A DNA stretch of 64,000 nucleotides from Limisphaerales bacterium (GCA_965204945.1 OZ242022.1:3629788-3693787), one strand, 5' to 3'; shown: positions 18,670-28,608, numbered from the stretch's first letter. The notes: generated from the sequence alone by a model not told the origin. Made by a program: numbers and translations.

Positions 18670-19023
18670 TCAATCTTTGAACTTGACCGTTTGCTCCTCA
18701 TCATGCGCCTCATCGGCGCAGGGAGCATTGGTGGGAGCGTCCGCCGCTTTTTCAGAAGGGACGACCAACTTGTTGGCAAGGAGATAGGCTTCAACTTCTT
18801 CGCCGCTGACGTCGGCGAGCATAAAGCCGTTGACTTGCACGCACGGGCTGAGCATCTGCCCGCTCTTCTCGATCATCTCCTGCCGCTGCGCCGGGTCGTT
18901 AATGATGTCGCGGTCTTCAAAGGCAATATCATACTTCCGCATGATGGCCCGTACCCCCTCGCTCCAGCCGCAATACGGTTTCAAATAAGCAACCACTTCC
19001 AAATTTTGACTTTTCTCACTCAT
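18670..19023 (-). CDS. Glutaredoxin family protein (CGWS motif)
   Basis: YLKPYCGWSEGVR, GQMLSPCVQVNG. Confidence 0.85.
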   Translation of the reverse strand: MSEKSQNLEVVAYLKPYCGWSEGVRAIMRKYDIAFEDRDIINDPAQRQEMIEKSGQMLSPCVQVNGFMLADVSGEEVEAYLLANKLVVPSEKAADAPTNAPCADEAHDEEQTVKFKD

Positions 19024-19208
19024 ATCAATCCTTTTCCGCACGGTTTCCGCCGCTGTTTAATTAAAGAAGAAAATGCCGCGTCTTTCAAAAAAAATCAATA
19101 CGGAATTTCGGAAAAAAGCGCAAAACCAACAAAGACGCGCCGACAAACCTTGAAATCATCTTCAAGTTTTGATTGCATGGCGGTGTTTTACTCTGTTTAA
19201 CTCAAGAA

Positions 19209-19628
19209 ATGTCCGGTCGAAAAGTCATCCTTATTTGCGCGGCAACGTCGATGCTTGTTGCCGCCGCGCCGAACGTCGAAGCCGATGGTTGGCGCTTTTG
19301 GAAAAAGAAAAACTCTTCCCAAAACAGCGAAAGCCGCCAATCGAAACCAGCCCGGCAAAGCCTCGAAACCCTGGAAAAACAACTGCGGGACAAGCAGAAA
19401 AAACAAACGCAGGAAGAGAAAAAGCAGCGCGAGGAATTCATCAAAGCCCTCAAGAAAAAAGAGCGAGAAATGCTGCGCCGGCAACGGGACGCCCAACGCA
19501 AGTTTCAGAAAACACAGCGAAGGCAACAACGTCGCCTCCAACGACTTTTACAGCAAAATCAAGGGAAATCCTCCTGGCGGTTTTGGAAGCGTCCGAACGC
19601 TTCCGATGGTTTCTTTTTGCCGAAGTGA
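19209..19628 (+). CDS. Secreted basic coiled-coil protein flanked by WRFWK motifs
   Basis: Signal peptide ending VEA, then DGWRFWKKK, a K/Q/R/E-rich helix, and SSWRFWKR. Confidence 0.7.
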   Translation: MSGRKVILICAATSMLVAAAPNVEADGWRFWKKKNSSQNSESRQSKPARQSLETLEKQLRDKQKKQTQEEKKQREEFIKALKKKEREMLRRQRDAQRKFQKTQRRQQRRLQRLLQQNQGKSSWRFWKRPNASDGFFLPK

Positions 19629-20156
19629 CTTTGCTCGGAGGCCGCCCGGCATCCGCAAGGACTGGGGAGGGGTTTTTGTTTGTTTCCCTCCTTTCCCGAC
19701 CTCCGGGCAATTTCCCAAAATGCGGCACAAACACAAGGAAAGGAAACGCCGCAACTTCCCGCCGCCAACAATCTGCGCAGAAACAGATTCAGGCCAAGCG
19801 AGCAGACGGCGCAAATCGTTGCTTCTCGCAGACAAAAGAACGCGGTAGAGAAATTCTTGCTTGGGTTTCGGTCTTGGCAAAAACGCTTATGTTGTGAGAG
19901 TTGATTTTCGAACGAAGGCGAGCGCCCGTCTAGGTTCTCTCACGTTCAAAAGGCTTGGGACGTCGCTAGAAAAAAGAAAGAGCTCGCAAACCGGCTGGGA
20001 GAGTTGTTTTCAGTTTGTTGCGTTGCTTTGTCCACGATAAGCGGAGGAGATATTGATTGCGTCTTGCCATAAGGATTGGGATGGGCGAAAGTTGGGGCGA
20101 GACGTATCGCAAGCTTGCGTTTAGCTGGTGGGCGGGAAAGAAAAGGAAGAAAGTTT

Positions 20157-23100
20157 ATGAAGAAGAGGGAGAGGATGGGGGTTATAGGGAGGCGTTGGGC
20201 TTGGCGGGGATGGGGTCTGAGATTGTTGGGCGGGCTGACTGTTTGGTTTGGGTTAGGATTGGGGTTGCGGGGGGAGTTGGTAGTATCAGAGCTTTTGTAT
20301 TGGCCGTCGGAAGAGGAAGGAGGAGAGCGCGGAGAGTATATGGAGTTGAGGAATAGGGGGTATGTGGCGGTGGATGTGAGCGGATGGTATTTTGATCGGG
20401 GGATAGAGTTTGTGTTTCCGGCGGGGAGTGTGATCGGGGCGCGGGAGCATTTGGTTGTGGCGAAGGATGCGGATTATTTGGTGGGTCGATATTATGGGAT
20501 AGAGTTGGGGAAAGTGGTTGGGGGGTATTCGGGGAGGTTGTCCAATTCTGGGGAGCGGATTCGGTTGCGGGATACGGTGGGGATGGAGCGGATAGATTTT
20601 GAGTATGGGGTTGGCGGGGATTGGCCTGCTGTTGCGTTTGGAGGGACGGGGCATTCGTTGGAGTTTGTAGGGGATTGGGCGAGGGATATGGGGGATGGGC
20701 GGGCTTGGGCAGGAAGTCGGCATCCGAAAGGGGCGCTAATGGAGAGGCCGAGTTGGTGGACGGCGGAGATGTATGCAGCGCTCAATTCGTTGCGTGGGGT
20801 GGTGATTAACGAGGTGGGTGCTAGTCGTAGTATGGGGATGGATTATGTGGAGTTTTACAATCCGACGGGGGAGGCGATAGATATGAGCGGGGCGTGGTTG
20901 TCGGATGAGGGGAGTGAGTTGGGGAAGCATCGTTTGCCGGCGGGGAGTGTGATTGGGTCTGGGGAGTTTTTCGTGGTGGAAGTTTCTGGGGAGGGGACGG
21001 GGTTTGGGTTAAGTTCCAGTGGGGAGACGATTTATTTGGCGGCGCCGGATGGTTCGTTTGTGGTGGGGGCGTATGGGTTTGGGCCGCAGGAGAGGGATGT
21101 GAGCATAGGGCGGTATCCGGACGGGGGTCGGAATTGGTATCGGAGTGTTGAGGGTTCGCCGGGGGAGGCGAATGGGCGGTTGTATAGGCCGTTGGTTGGG
21201 ATTAGCGAGTTAATGTATCATAGCAGGGAAGGGGCGGGCGGAGAGTATTTGGAGTTGTATGTGTTAGGGGAGGAAGCGGTGGATGTGAGTGGCTGGGAGT
21301 TTCGGGGGGTTCGGTTTGGGTTTGGGGCGGGGGTGGTGTTAGAGCCGGGGCGGTATTATGTGATAGCGGATGAGGAGGCGGGTTTGCGGGCGGGTTATGA
21401 GTTGCCGTTGGGGAGTTTGTTGGGGGAGTATGGGGGTTCGTTGAGCAATGGGGGGGAGCGGATAAGTTTGTTGGATGCATGGGATGTGGTTGTGGATTCG
21501 GTTCGGTATGAGGATGGTCTGCCGTGGCCGTTCGGGGCGGATGGGTTGGGGTCGTCGTTGGAGAGGGGATGTTGGGAGTTGTCTTATGATGAGGCTGGGG
21601 CTTGGACGGATTCGCCGTTGGGGAGGCCGTCGCCGGGACGGGCGAATTCTAAGGAGGATTGTGAAGAGGCGGAGGAGGAAGGGGTGTCAGTTCGGGTGTC
21701 GGAGTTTGTGTATCATCCTGGGTTGCGGGGCGAGGATGATCGGGGGACGGAGTTTATAGAGTTAACGAATTACGGGGGGGAGGCGATGTCCTTAGAGGGC
21801 TGGTCGTTGGTTGAGGAAGTTTTCTATGAGTTTGGAGAGGGGGTAGTTCTAGGTTCTGGGGAGAGCATAGTCGTGGCTTGGTCGCCGGAGCGGTTGGCGC
21901 AAGAGTATTCGTGGCTCGGGGAAGGAGGGGTTGTGGGGGCTTATGAGGGAGATATGGGGAACGGCGGGGGGCGGATATTGTTGGTTCGGCCGGATAAGAG
22001 TTTGGCGGATGGGGTAGTTTATGATGATGATTTTCCTTGGCCTTCGTTGGCGGACGGGGGTTTGGCGGATGGGGAAGGTGGGGATATATCATTACGTCGG
22101 GCATGTTGGGAGGGGATAGGATGGGATGCGTCTAACTGGGTGGCGGAGAGGGAGCCGTCGCCGGGGAGGAGGGAAGGGGAAGAGGGAGCATGCGAGGGGC
22201 CGGCGGTGTTGTGGGAGGCGGGGACGGAGCCTGAGAGAGTGAGGGGCGAAGAGGGGCCGTTGTTGGCGGTCAGGTTTGCGAAGGGCGGGTTGGTGGATTC
22301 GGCAAGGGTGAGGTATTGGGTGGAGGATATAGAGGCGGATGGGGGGGAGGCGGTGATGAGTTTGGGGATGAGCGATTTAGGCGAGGGGAAGTGGAGCGTG
22401 CGGATGCCTTTGTTGCCTGTCAATTCGATAGTTCGCTATCAAGTGGAGTGGGAAGAGCGCGGGGGGCGGCGGGGCGTTTCGCCATCGGAAGAGCGGGATG
22501 CGTTTGGGTGGCATGGGTATTTTGTGGAGCCGCAGGGGCTAAATGGGCGTTTTGATGTTTATCATCTATTTCTTTCTTCGGCCAATTGGCGGCGATTGGA
22601 AGAGAACATCGCCGTGGGGCCGGTGATCGACAATCGGGACAATCCTCGCTGGAATGAAGAAGTGCCGGCGGTTTTTGTGGCCAATGGAATAGTGCACGAC
22701 GTGCAAGCCCGCCACCAAGGAAGCAGATTGCGAAGACATGTAAGCGCAGGCGACATTCCCTTTGAATGCGCATCGAGTCGGAACGACGATCAAGTGCCCT
22801 TCCTCAATTGGCGGATTGACTTTCCCTCTTATCGGAAGCACGACGGCATGGATGTATTGATCCTTAGAAACTCACATGGTTGGGTGCAACACATCTCTTT
22901 CCGTCTGTTTGAGTTGGCGGGAGTGCCGGCGCCGCGCACCGGCTGGGCGAAGTTGCGCATTAACGGCTGCGACTATACTACACAACGGATCCCTAATATA
23001 AGCAGAGGCAGTTACCGGATAGAGAGGCCTGGCCGCGACTTCATCGCCCGCTGGTTTGACGAAGTGGGCGACCTTTTCAAAACGCAGGTCTCTCCTCTTT

Positions 23101-24005
23101 TCCGAAATGCAAACGCTGATCTTCTTACCGGGCCGATCTACAATTACACCAAGCAGGAGCGATATGAACACATCTACAACCGCAAGACTTTGGAGTGGAA
23201 GAACAACCCCTTTGACGGCGTTGGGGACGCGCCCCAAGCGATGATCGAAGCCCTCCACCAAGCCCGAGGCCAAGGCAAGAAGGCACTGCGAGCTTGGCTG
23301 GCCGAACACTTCGACGTCGACCTCACCTTGCGCTATCTCTGCGCCCAAAATTATGTTGCCACTCGCGATGGGAGTATCAATCACAATTATTTTCTCTACA
23401 AAAAGGCCGACGACGGCAAATGGTGCTTGCTGCCTTGGGACTTGGACGCCTCGATGCTAAAGGAAAACGCCATGATGCACCCGTTTAACGGGGGCGACGA
23501 ATCCCGCTTCGGCAATGTCGGCAACTTATGGGGGAATTGGAACCGGATCCGAGACTCTTTCTTTATCGCTTACGAAGCCGAGTATCTAGAAATGCTCTAT
23601 GAATTTAACAATACGATCTACCATCCGGAGGCGTTGTTGCCCGTTGTTCAGGAAGCCGCTATTTCGGGGGGCTTTAGCGAGAGTTGGATAGCCTGGATAA
23701 TGCCTTTCATCTATCAGCGTCACGACTTTCTAAACTGTTACATTGCAGGAACTCAATGCCCGCCTCCCCTGCTTACCCTTCGCATCGAGGAAGGCCAAAT
23801 TCTATTAGAGTGGCCGGCGGGTCGAAGCGATTACATATTAGAAACGGCCGCCGCAATAGACTATGAGGAGGAAGAAGATGGCTATAAAGTCGATTGGATC
23901 GAAGTTCCCACGACCAACAATCGCTACCTCGTTCCTCCCAACCACCTCAGCGCTTTCTTCCGCCTCGCCCCCAACAAAGAATCCACCACTATACCCACTC
24001 CGTAA
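20157..24005 (+). CDS. Secreted protein: 4 lamin-tail domains + CotH kinase + C-terminal FFRL domain
   Basis: LTD starts (VVSELLY..EYMELRN; VVINEV..DYVEFYN; ISELMY..EYLELY; VSEFVY..EFIELTN); CotH motifs HNYFLY, KWCLLPWDLD; tail ...DWIEVP...AFFRLAP. Start codon uncertain (20076, 20157 or 20175). Confidence 0.88.
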   Translation: MKKRERMGVIGRRWAWRGWGLRLLGGLTVWFGLGLGLRGELVVSELLYWPSEEEGGERGEYMELRNRGYVAVDVSGWYFDRGIEFVFPAGSVIGAREHLVVAKDADYLVGRYYGIELGKVVGGYSGRLSNSGERIRLRDTVGMERIDFEYGVGGDWPAVAFGGTGHSLEFVGDWARDMGDGRAWAGSRHPKGALMERPSWWTAEMYAALNSLRGVVINEVGASRSMGMDYVEFYNPTGEAIDMSGAWLSDEGSELGKHRLPAGSVIGSGEFFVVEVSGEGTGFGLSSSGETIYLAAPDGSFVVGAYGFGPQERDVSIGRYPDGGRNWYRSVEGSPGEANGRLYRPLVGISELMYHSREGAGGEYLELYVLGEEAVDVSGWEFRGVRFGFGAGVVLEPGRYYVIADEEAGLRAGYELPLGSLLGEYGGSLSNGGERISLLDAWDVVVDSVRYEDGLPWPFGADGLGSSLERGCWELSYDEAGAWTDSPLGRPSPGRANSKEDCEEAEEEGVSVRVSEFVYHPGLRGEDDRGTEFIELTNYGGEAMSLEGWSLVEEVFYEFGEGVVLGSGESIVVAWSPERLAQEYSWLGEGGVVGAYEGDMGNGGGRILLVRPDKSLADGVVYDDDFPWPSLADGGLADGEGGDISLRRACWEGIGWDASNWVAEREPSPGRREGEEGACEGPAVLWEAGTEPERVRGEEGPLLAVRFAKGGLVDSARVRYWVEDIEADGGEAVMSLGMSDLGEGKWSVRMPLLPVNSIVRYQVEWEERGGRRGVSPSEERDAFGWHGYFVEPQGLNGRFDVYHLFLSSANWRRLEENIAVGPVIDNRDNPRWNEEVPAVFVANGIVHDVQARHQGSRLRRHVSAGDIPFECASSRNDDQVPFLNWRIDFPSYRKHDGMDVLILRNSHGWVQHISFRLFELAGVPAPRTGWAKLRINGCDYTTQRIPNISRGSYRIERPGRDFIARWFDEVGDLFKTQVSPLFRNANADLLTGPIYNYTKQERYEHIYNRKTLEWKNNPFDGVGDAPQAMIEALHQARGQGKKALRAWLAEHFDVDLTLRYLCAQNYVATRDGSINHNYFLYKKADDGKWCLLPWDLDASMLKENAMMHPFNGGDESRFGNVGNLWGNWNRIRDSFFIAYEAEYLEMLYEFNNTIYHPEALLPVVQEAAISGGFSESWIAWIMPFIYQRHDFLNCYIAGTQCPPPLLTLRIEEGQILLEWPAGRSDYILETAAAIDYEEEEDGYKVDWIEVPTTNNRYLVPPNHLSAFFRLAPNKESTTIPTP

Positions 24006-24129
24006 AGTCCTTCTCCCCTTGGCGAAAATAATCTTCGCTGTTTAGAGGAAATGGCGCAATATAAAATCCCGGGTTGGCAGCGGTGAGAACTTTGCCGCTG
24101 AATTTGCGTTTTATAGCGTTAGCGCTTTT

Positions 24130-24825
24130 CTAATTTTCTTTTTCTAATTGGAAGGTCACTTGTACTTTTGTGTTAAGGGCGGGAATTTGAGTTTCGTTGG
24201 GAAACCAGATTTCGTCGTTTTCGTTGCCGGTTCGGGGGTTGTTGACTAGGGCATGGATGTCGAGGATGAGGGCGACGATGGATTGGTCGGCGGAAGCGGT
24301 AAACTGCCCGTTTTCGATGCGGGCGCCGTTGTAAATCCACTTGCCTTTGCCGGCGGGAAGTTTGTTTTCTCCGACGATGATCCAGTCCTCAAGGCGTCTT
24401 GTTTGCTCTTTTCGGTTTTGTTGCCAAGAGATGAGAATGTCTATGGCTTGTCCGGGAGGCAGGGGGTTGTTTTTGTCTTTGGATTTTCTTGGCGGCGTTT
24501 TGGTTCCGAGCAAGAGCATGGCAAGGTGAATGTGGAGCGGATCAGCTTCGGTCATCAGCAGGGATTCATGTCGTTTGCCCGTTTTGCCGACAATGGCGTA
24601 TTCGATGAGGGCGTCGCGAAGGTTAACTTGGGCGGGGAAGGAGACTTTCCGCTTGCGCGAGTCGAATCTGACTTTGCCAATTTGAAATTTTCCTGGACCG
24701 GCGGGTTGGATGAGGTTTTGGGATTTTTGGAGTTCTTTTGTCGAAGAAGAGTCCGCTGTCTTCGCGCTTTGTGTTAGCGCCGCAAGCAGGAGGCCGGTGG
24801 TCAAGGAAAGGAGTAGGAGTCGCAT
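24130..24825 (-). CDS. YdjY-domain secreted protein
   Basis: Signal peptide; FPAQVN...IEY......GK.HESLL...P.HIHLAMLLLG. Confidence 0.75.
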   Translation of the reverse strand: MRLLLLSLTTGLLLAALTQSAKTADSSSTKELQKSQNLIQPAGPGKFQIGKVRFDSRKRKVSFPAQVNLRDALIEYAIVGKTGKRHESLLMTEADPLHIHLAMLLLGTKTPPRKSKDKNNPLPPGQAIDILISWQQNRKEQTRRLEDWIIVGENKLPAGKGKWIYNGARIENGQFTASADQSIVALILDIHALVNNPRTGNENDEIWFPNETQIPALNTKVQVTFQLEKEN

Positions 24826-24972
24826 ATCTTTTATCCGATGAGGATTTTAGCGGCTGATGATGGAATGGCAAGTTTGTCGGCAAGAAGATAATGGAGGCCG
24901 GATGCGGCCGGCTGGCCGTTCGCGAGGAATGCTTTGCGTTTGGGAGCGGTTTGTGGTTTGCTGGCGGGAGCG

Positions 24973-26175
24973 ATGATGTTCAAATGCATTTTCACGAGGA
25001 TGGTTTTGCGGGCGGCGGTTGGGGTTTTGACGGTCTTTTGGATCACCGCCGCTGAGGCCAATTGGAAGCCGCTGTTCAACGGCGAGAATTTTGACGGCTG
25101 GACGCAAAAAGGAGGGAAGGCAAAGTATGAAGTTCGGGACGGCGCCATTGTGGGAACGACGGTTCCGAAGTCTCGAAATAGTTTCCTTTGCACGGCTAGG
25201 GACTATGGCGATTTCATTTTGGAGCTGGAGTTCAAGGTAAATCCCAAGATGAACGCCGGGATTCAAATTCGGAGCGCCAGCATTCCGACTTATCGAAGGG
25301 GGATTGTGCATGGCTATCAGGTTGAGATTGACCCTTCCAAACGAGCTTGGTCCGGCGGGATTTACGACGAGTCTCGCCGAGGCTGGATTTACGATTTCAA
25401 AGAAAATGAGCCGGCGCGAAAAGCCTTTCGCCAAAACCAATGGAATCACTATCGAATTGAAGCCGTTGGAGACCATATTCGGACGTGGATCAACGGAGTT
25501 TTGGCGGCCGACCTGCGTGACTCGATGAGCTTGAGCGGGTTTATCGCATTGCAAGTTCACGGAACGCAGAGCGATGTTCCTATGGAGATTGCCTGGCGCA
25601 ATTTGCGCATCCAAGACTTGGGGCGGCACGAATGGAAGCCGATGTTCGATGGAAAAACCTTGGCGGGTTGGGACCCGCAACCGGGCGGAGAATGGCGCGT
25701 CCGCGAAGGAATCCTCCAAGGCCGCAGCAACAAGGCGGAACGCCGCCACGGATTGCTGCTGAGCCGGGAAGTCTTTGGCGATTTTACGGCGCGTCTCCAA
25801 TTCAAAATTAATCGGGGCGACAGCGGATTCTACTTTCGATCAGAGCCGGTCAATCACGCAGTGGGCGTCCACGGCTTTCAAGTGGAACTGGACACAAGCT
25901 ATGAAACCGGCGGATTATATGAAACTGGCGGAAGAGGCTGGGTGATTCAACATCCGGCGGACAAAAAAACAAAGTGGTACAAGCCGGGAGAATGGAACGA
26001 ACTGACGGTGTCGGCTTGGGGACGGAGAACGGTCGTCCGAATCAACGGCCGCAAATCCGCCGAACTGGTGGAAGATGGCGGACGGGCAGAAGGTCGCTTT
26101 GCACTACAACTGCACGGAGGCCAAGATATGGACGTGGAGTTTAAGAATATCGAACGGTTGGCGCGCGTGGAATAG
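24973..26175 (+). CDS. Tandem DUF1080 (3-keto-disaccharide hydrolase family) protein
   Basis: Two domains (WKPLFNGENFDGW; WKPMFDGKTLAGW), YGDFILELEFK, NAGIQIRS, GFIALQVH, ALQLHGG. Start approximate. Confidence 0.92.
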   Translation: MMFKCIFTRMVLRAAVGVLTVFWITAAEANWKPLFNGENFDGWTQKGGKAKYEVRDGAIVGTTVPKSRNSFLCTARDYGDFILELEFKVNPKMNAGIQIRSASIPTYRRGIVHGYQVEIDPSKRAWSGGIYDESRRGWIYDFKENEPARKAFRQNQWNHYRIEAVGDHIRTWINGVLAADLRDSMSLSGFIALQVHGTQSDVPMEIAWRNLRIQDLGRHEWKPMFDGKTLAGWDPQPGGEWRVREGILQGRSNKAERRHGLLLSREVFGDFTARLQFKINRGDSGFYFRSEPVNHAVGVHGFQVELDTSYETGGLYETGGRGWVIQHPADKKTKWYKPGEWNELTVSAWGRRTVVRINGRKSAELVEDGGRAEGRFALQLHGGQDMDVEFKNIERLARVE

Positions 26176-26249
26176 CGCGGCTAGAGAGCTATTTTGCCAA
26201 GTGATCCGGCTTCCAACGAGCGGAGAGTGTGAAGATGGAGTGATTTGAT

Positions 26250-27219
26250 ATGAGGTTATCTTGGACTAAGGGAGCGGTCGAGGCGGTATCGGAACGGGAC
26301 CGTCGGGGCGGTTCCTTGCGCACCGTGCTCTGCAGCGAAACCGGATTGGTCCGGAACGATCCCGTGCCGGATGACGAAGAGTTGGCAAAGTTCTACTCCG
26401 AGGAGTACCGCATCGCATACAAGGGAGCTAGGCGTCCGCGCCGCCGCCAGATCCTGCGCAATTTCCGCCGGGTGGCCGATCATTTCCGCTGCTTCCGCGA
26501 CGTGATCGAACCGGCGGGAAGGGTTCTGGATGTGGGAGCGGGCTCAGGCGAGTTCGTTTTCCTGATGCAATCTCTGGGCAAGGAGTCTGTCGGCATTGAG
26601 TCGAACAAGGACTACTCTGCTTGGTGCCGCGAGGAACTCGGAGTCGACGTGCGCACCGCCTACATTGCCCCGGATTTGTTCGATGCGGGGGGGGGGGGGG
26701 GTGGGGGGCTTCGATCTTATCAGGCTCAACCATGTGCTTGAGCACCTCAACGACCCGGTGAAGTATCTTGCTATGGTTAGGGCTTGGCTGGCGCCCGGCG
26801 GAGTGGTGTACGTCGAGGTCCCGAACATCGAGGAATATTGCCGCGTCAAGTCGCGGGGAAACATGTTCCATTATGGGCATATCTGGAATTTCAACCCTTG
26901 GACGCTGCGTGCCGTGGCGGGTCTGGCTGGGCTTGAGGAGCTGGAAGTGACCCGGGAGAGAAGCGCCGGCACGACCGGTGTCGTGTTCCGGGTCGGGCCG
27001 GTGCGTGCGGCGGCGGATTTCGTCAACGCGGAGAATGCCGCCCGGGTGCGTGACCTGATCGCGCGCCACTATGCGGGTGGCTTTCGCGAGGGGAAGGCGA
27101 TGAAGCCGCTGGTGAACCTGGCGGCGCGGATTGAGGAGGCGTTGAGCGCACTCCTTGCCGGCACGCCGCGGGACATGGGAGCGAGAGCGGCGCGCTCTAT
27201 TGGAGCGTATAGAACTTGA
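26250..27219 (+). pseudogene. Class I SAM methyltransferase, frameshifted at a poly-G tract (candidate phase-variable, OFF state)
   Basis: ORF 26250-26741 carries motif I (VLDVGAGSGEF); the +1 frame continues FDLIRLNHVLEHL..P...L...L.PGGVVYVEVPN. Removing one G from G15 joins them. Confidence 0.88.
26687..26708 (+). repeat. G15-T-G6 homopolymer tract
   Basis: Directly visible; coincides with the frameshift. Confidence 0.95.
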
Positions 27220-27313
27220 AACTTATATTCCGGAGGGATTTTAGTTGCATAGCTCTCTTAATCTTGATCATTTGTGGGTGCATTGCGAGATGAGGGAGTT
27301 TTTGATATATTAG

Positions 27314-27823
27314 CGTGATCTCGCAGACCCAATCGATGCGACAATCCCGGCTGCGAAGGAATTAATAAAGAATGAAAGCCCATACAGTGATGGGTTTTTC
27401 AAGGTTGATGTCGAAACTAATTCCGAATATGGAATCTTCGTTTCTGGCTCTGTTTTAATTGATGTTTATGGAGCGCCGCCAACAATAAAAATGATCCGCA
27501 GGGAAGACGGACGCTTAGAAATTGTTTGGGAAGACAGCCTATTGCAAACATCCCCAACCATAGACGGACCTTGGGAAGACGTCGCATTTGGCGGCGGAAC
27601 ATTGCGTTGGCGAATGTTTCCTTCGGCACCTTCCAAGTTTTTTTCGTTTGAAGAAGCCATGATACCGACAGCGAGAATCGCAAAAAGAACAAACAGCGCA
27701 GTCTCGCGAGGCAGCGCGTTGACTGGGCGTTCAACGAAGTTCAGTTTGGAGAAACTCGCGGACGCCAATCTGAAAGCAATGGAGTCGAACTTGCGAAGGG
27801 CCTTTGCTTTAGGAAAACCTTGA
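27314..27823 (+). pseudogene. 3' remnant of a secreted protein carrying a verrucomicrobial-type C-terminal domain
   Basis: Frame open from 27314 (after TAG at 27311) with no start until 27491; PPTIKMIRREDGRLEIVWEDSLLQTSPTIDGPWEDVA...SKFFSF. Confidence 0.6.
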
Positions 27824-28608
27824 ATAGGATGTCCGTTTTGAATTTTGTCAACGAGTTCCTAAAAATGTTGGTCGATCCCGTCGCCATCATTTGGTTGCTT
27901 CTCATCGTTTTCGGCGTCTTCTTGATCGCTCGAAAGCGATACCGGCCGGCTTCGGTAGTCTTCTCTGTGGTTGCTTTTTTGACGGTGTTTGGAGGAACGG
28001 GAGTTTCCGGCTGGTTGTTGGCGACTCTGGAACGCCCGTATTATAGGGAAAATCCACTCCATGTGCCGGATGCGGATATTGTGTTTGTGTTGGGCGGACA
28101 TGTGAGAAGAGGCGACGGAGAACTTCACGGATTCGACGCCAGAGAAAGCATGGATCGGCTCTTGGCGGGAGTGGCCCTCGCTCGAGCGGGCAAGGCGGAC
28201 GTTCTGCTCATCGGCGGCGGCGCCGCGGGAGATGAAGGCCCACAAATTTCCGAATACGCCGCAACCAAAGATTGGCTGGAAAGTTGGAATCTTCCCGTGG
28301 CCATCGAGCATCTTGGCATTCTCAAAAATACTTATGAAGAGGTGTGCGCGGTCAAAAGATTAATGGAAAAGCGCCAATGGCAGAGTATGATCCTCGTAAC
28401 GTCGGCCTCTCACATCCGCCGAGCCGAAGCGGTTTGCCAAAGCATGGGCATTGAGAATGCGATTCTGGTAGCTTGTGATTTTCACACCTTCCCTCCACCT
28501 TCCTGGTGTCTTATCCCTGAGCTTAGACACTTGTCGATCCTCCGATTGTATCTCTACGAGCAGGTTGGCTGGCTCATCTATCGTTGGAAGGGATGGATTG
28601 ACGTTTAG
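27820..28608 (+). CDS. YdcF/ElyC (DUF218) family membrane protein
   Basis: IFVLGG, LLIGGG, NTYEE, LVTSASHIRRA, YEQVG. Confidence 0.9.
   Translation: MNRMSVLNFVNEFLKMLVDPVAIIWLLLIVFGVFLIARKRYRPASVVFSVVAFLTVFGGTGVSGWLLATLERPYYRENPLHVPDADIVFVLGGHVRRGDGELHGFDARESMDRLLAGVALARAGKADVLLIGGGAAGDEGPQISEYAATKDWLESWNLPVAIEHLGILKNTYEEVCAVKRLMEKRQWQSMILVTSASHIRRAEAVCQSMGIENAILVACDFHTFPPPSWCLIPELRHLSILRLYLYEQVGWLIYRWKGWIDV

Noticed and set aside
20286-22423. Pro/His-rich antisense ORFs opposite the G-rich gene
   Set aside because: Shadow frames produced by C-rich minus-strand composition.
26234-27305. Possible direct repeats (GGAGT..TTTGATAT) flanking the methyltransferase as attachment sites
   Set aside because: Short and imperfect; could be chance; no integrase nearby.
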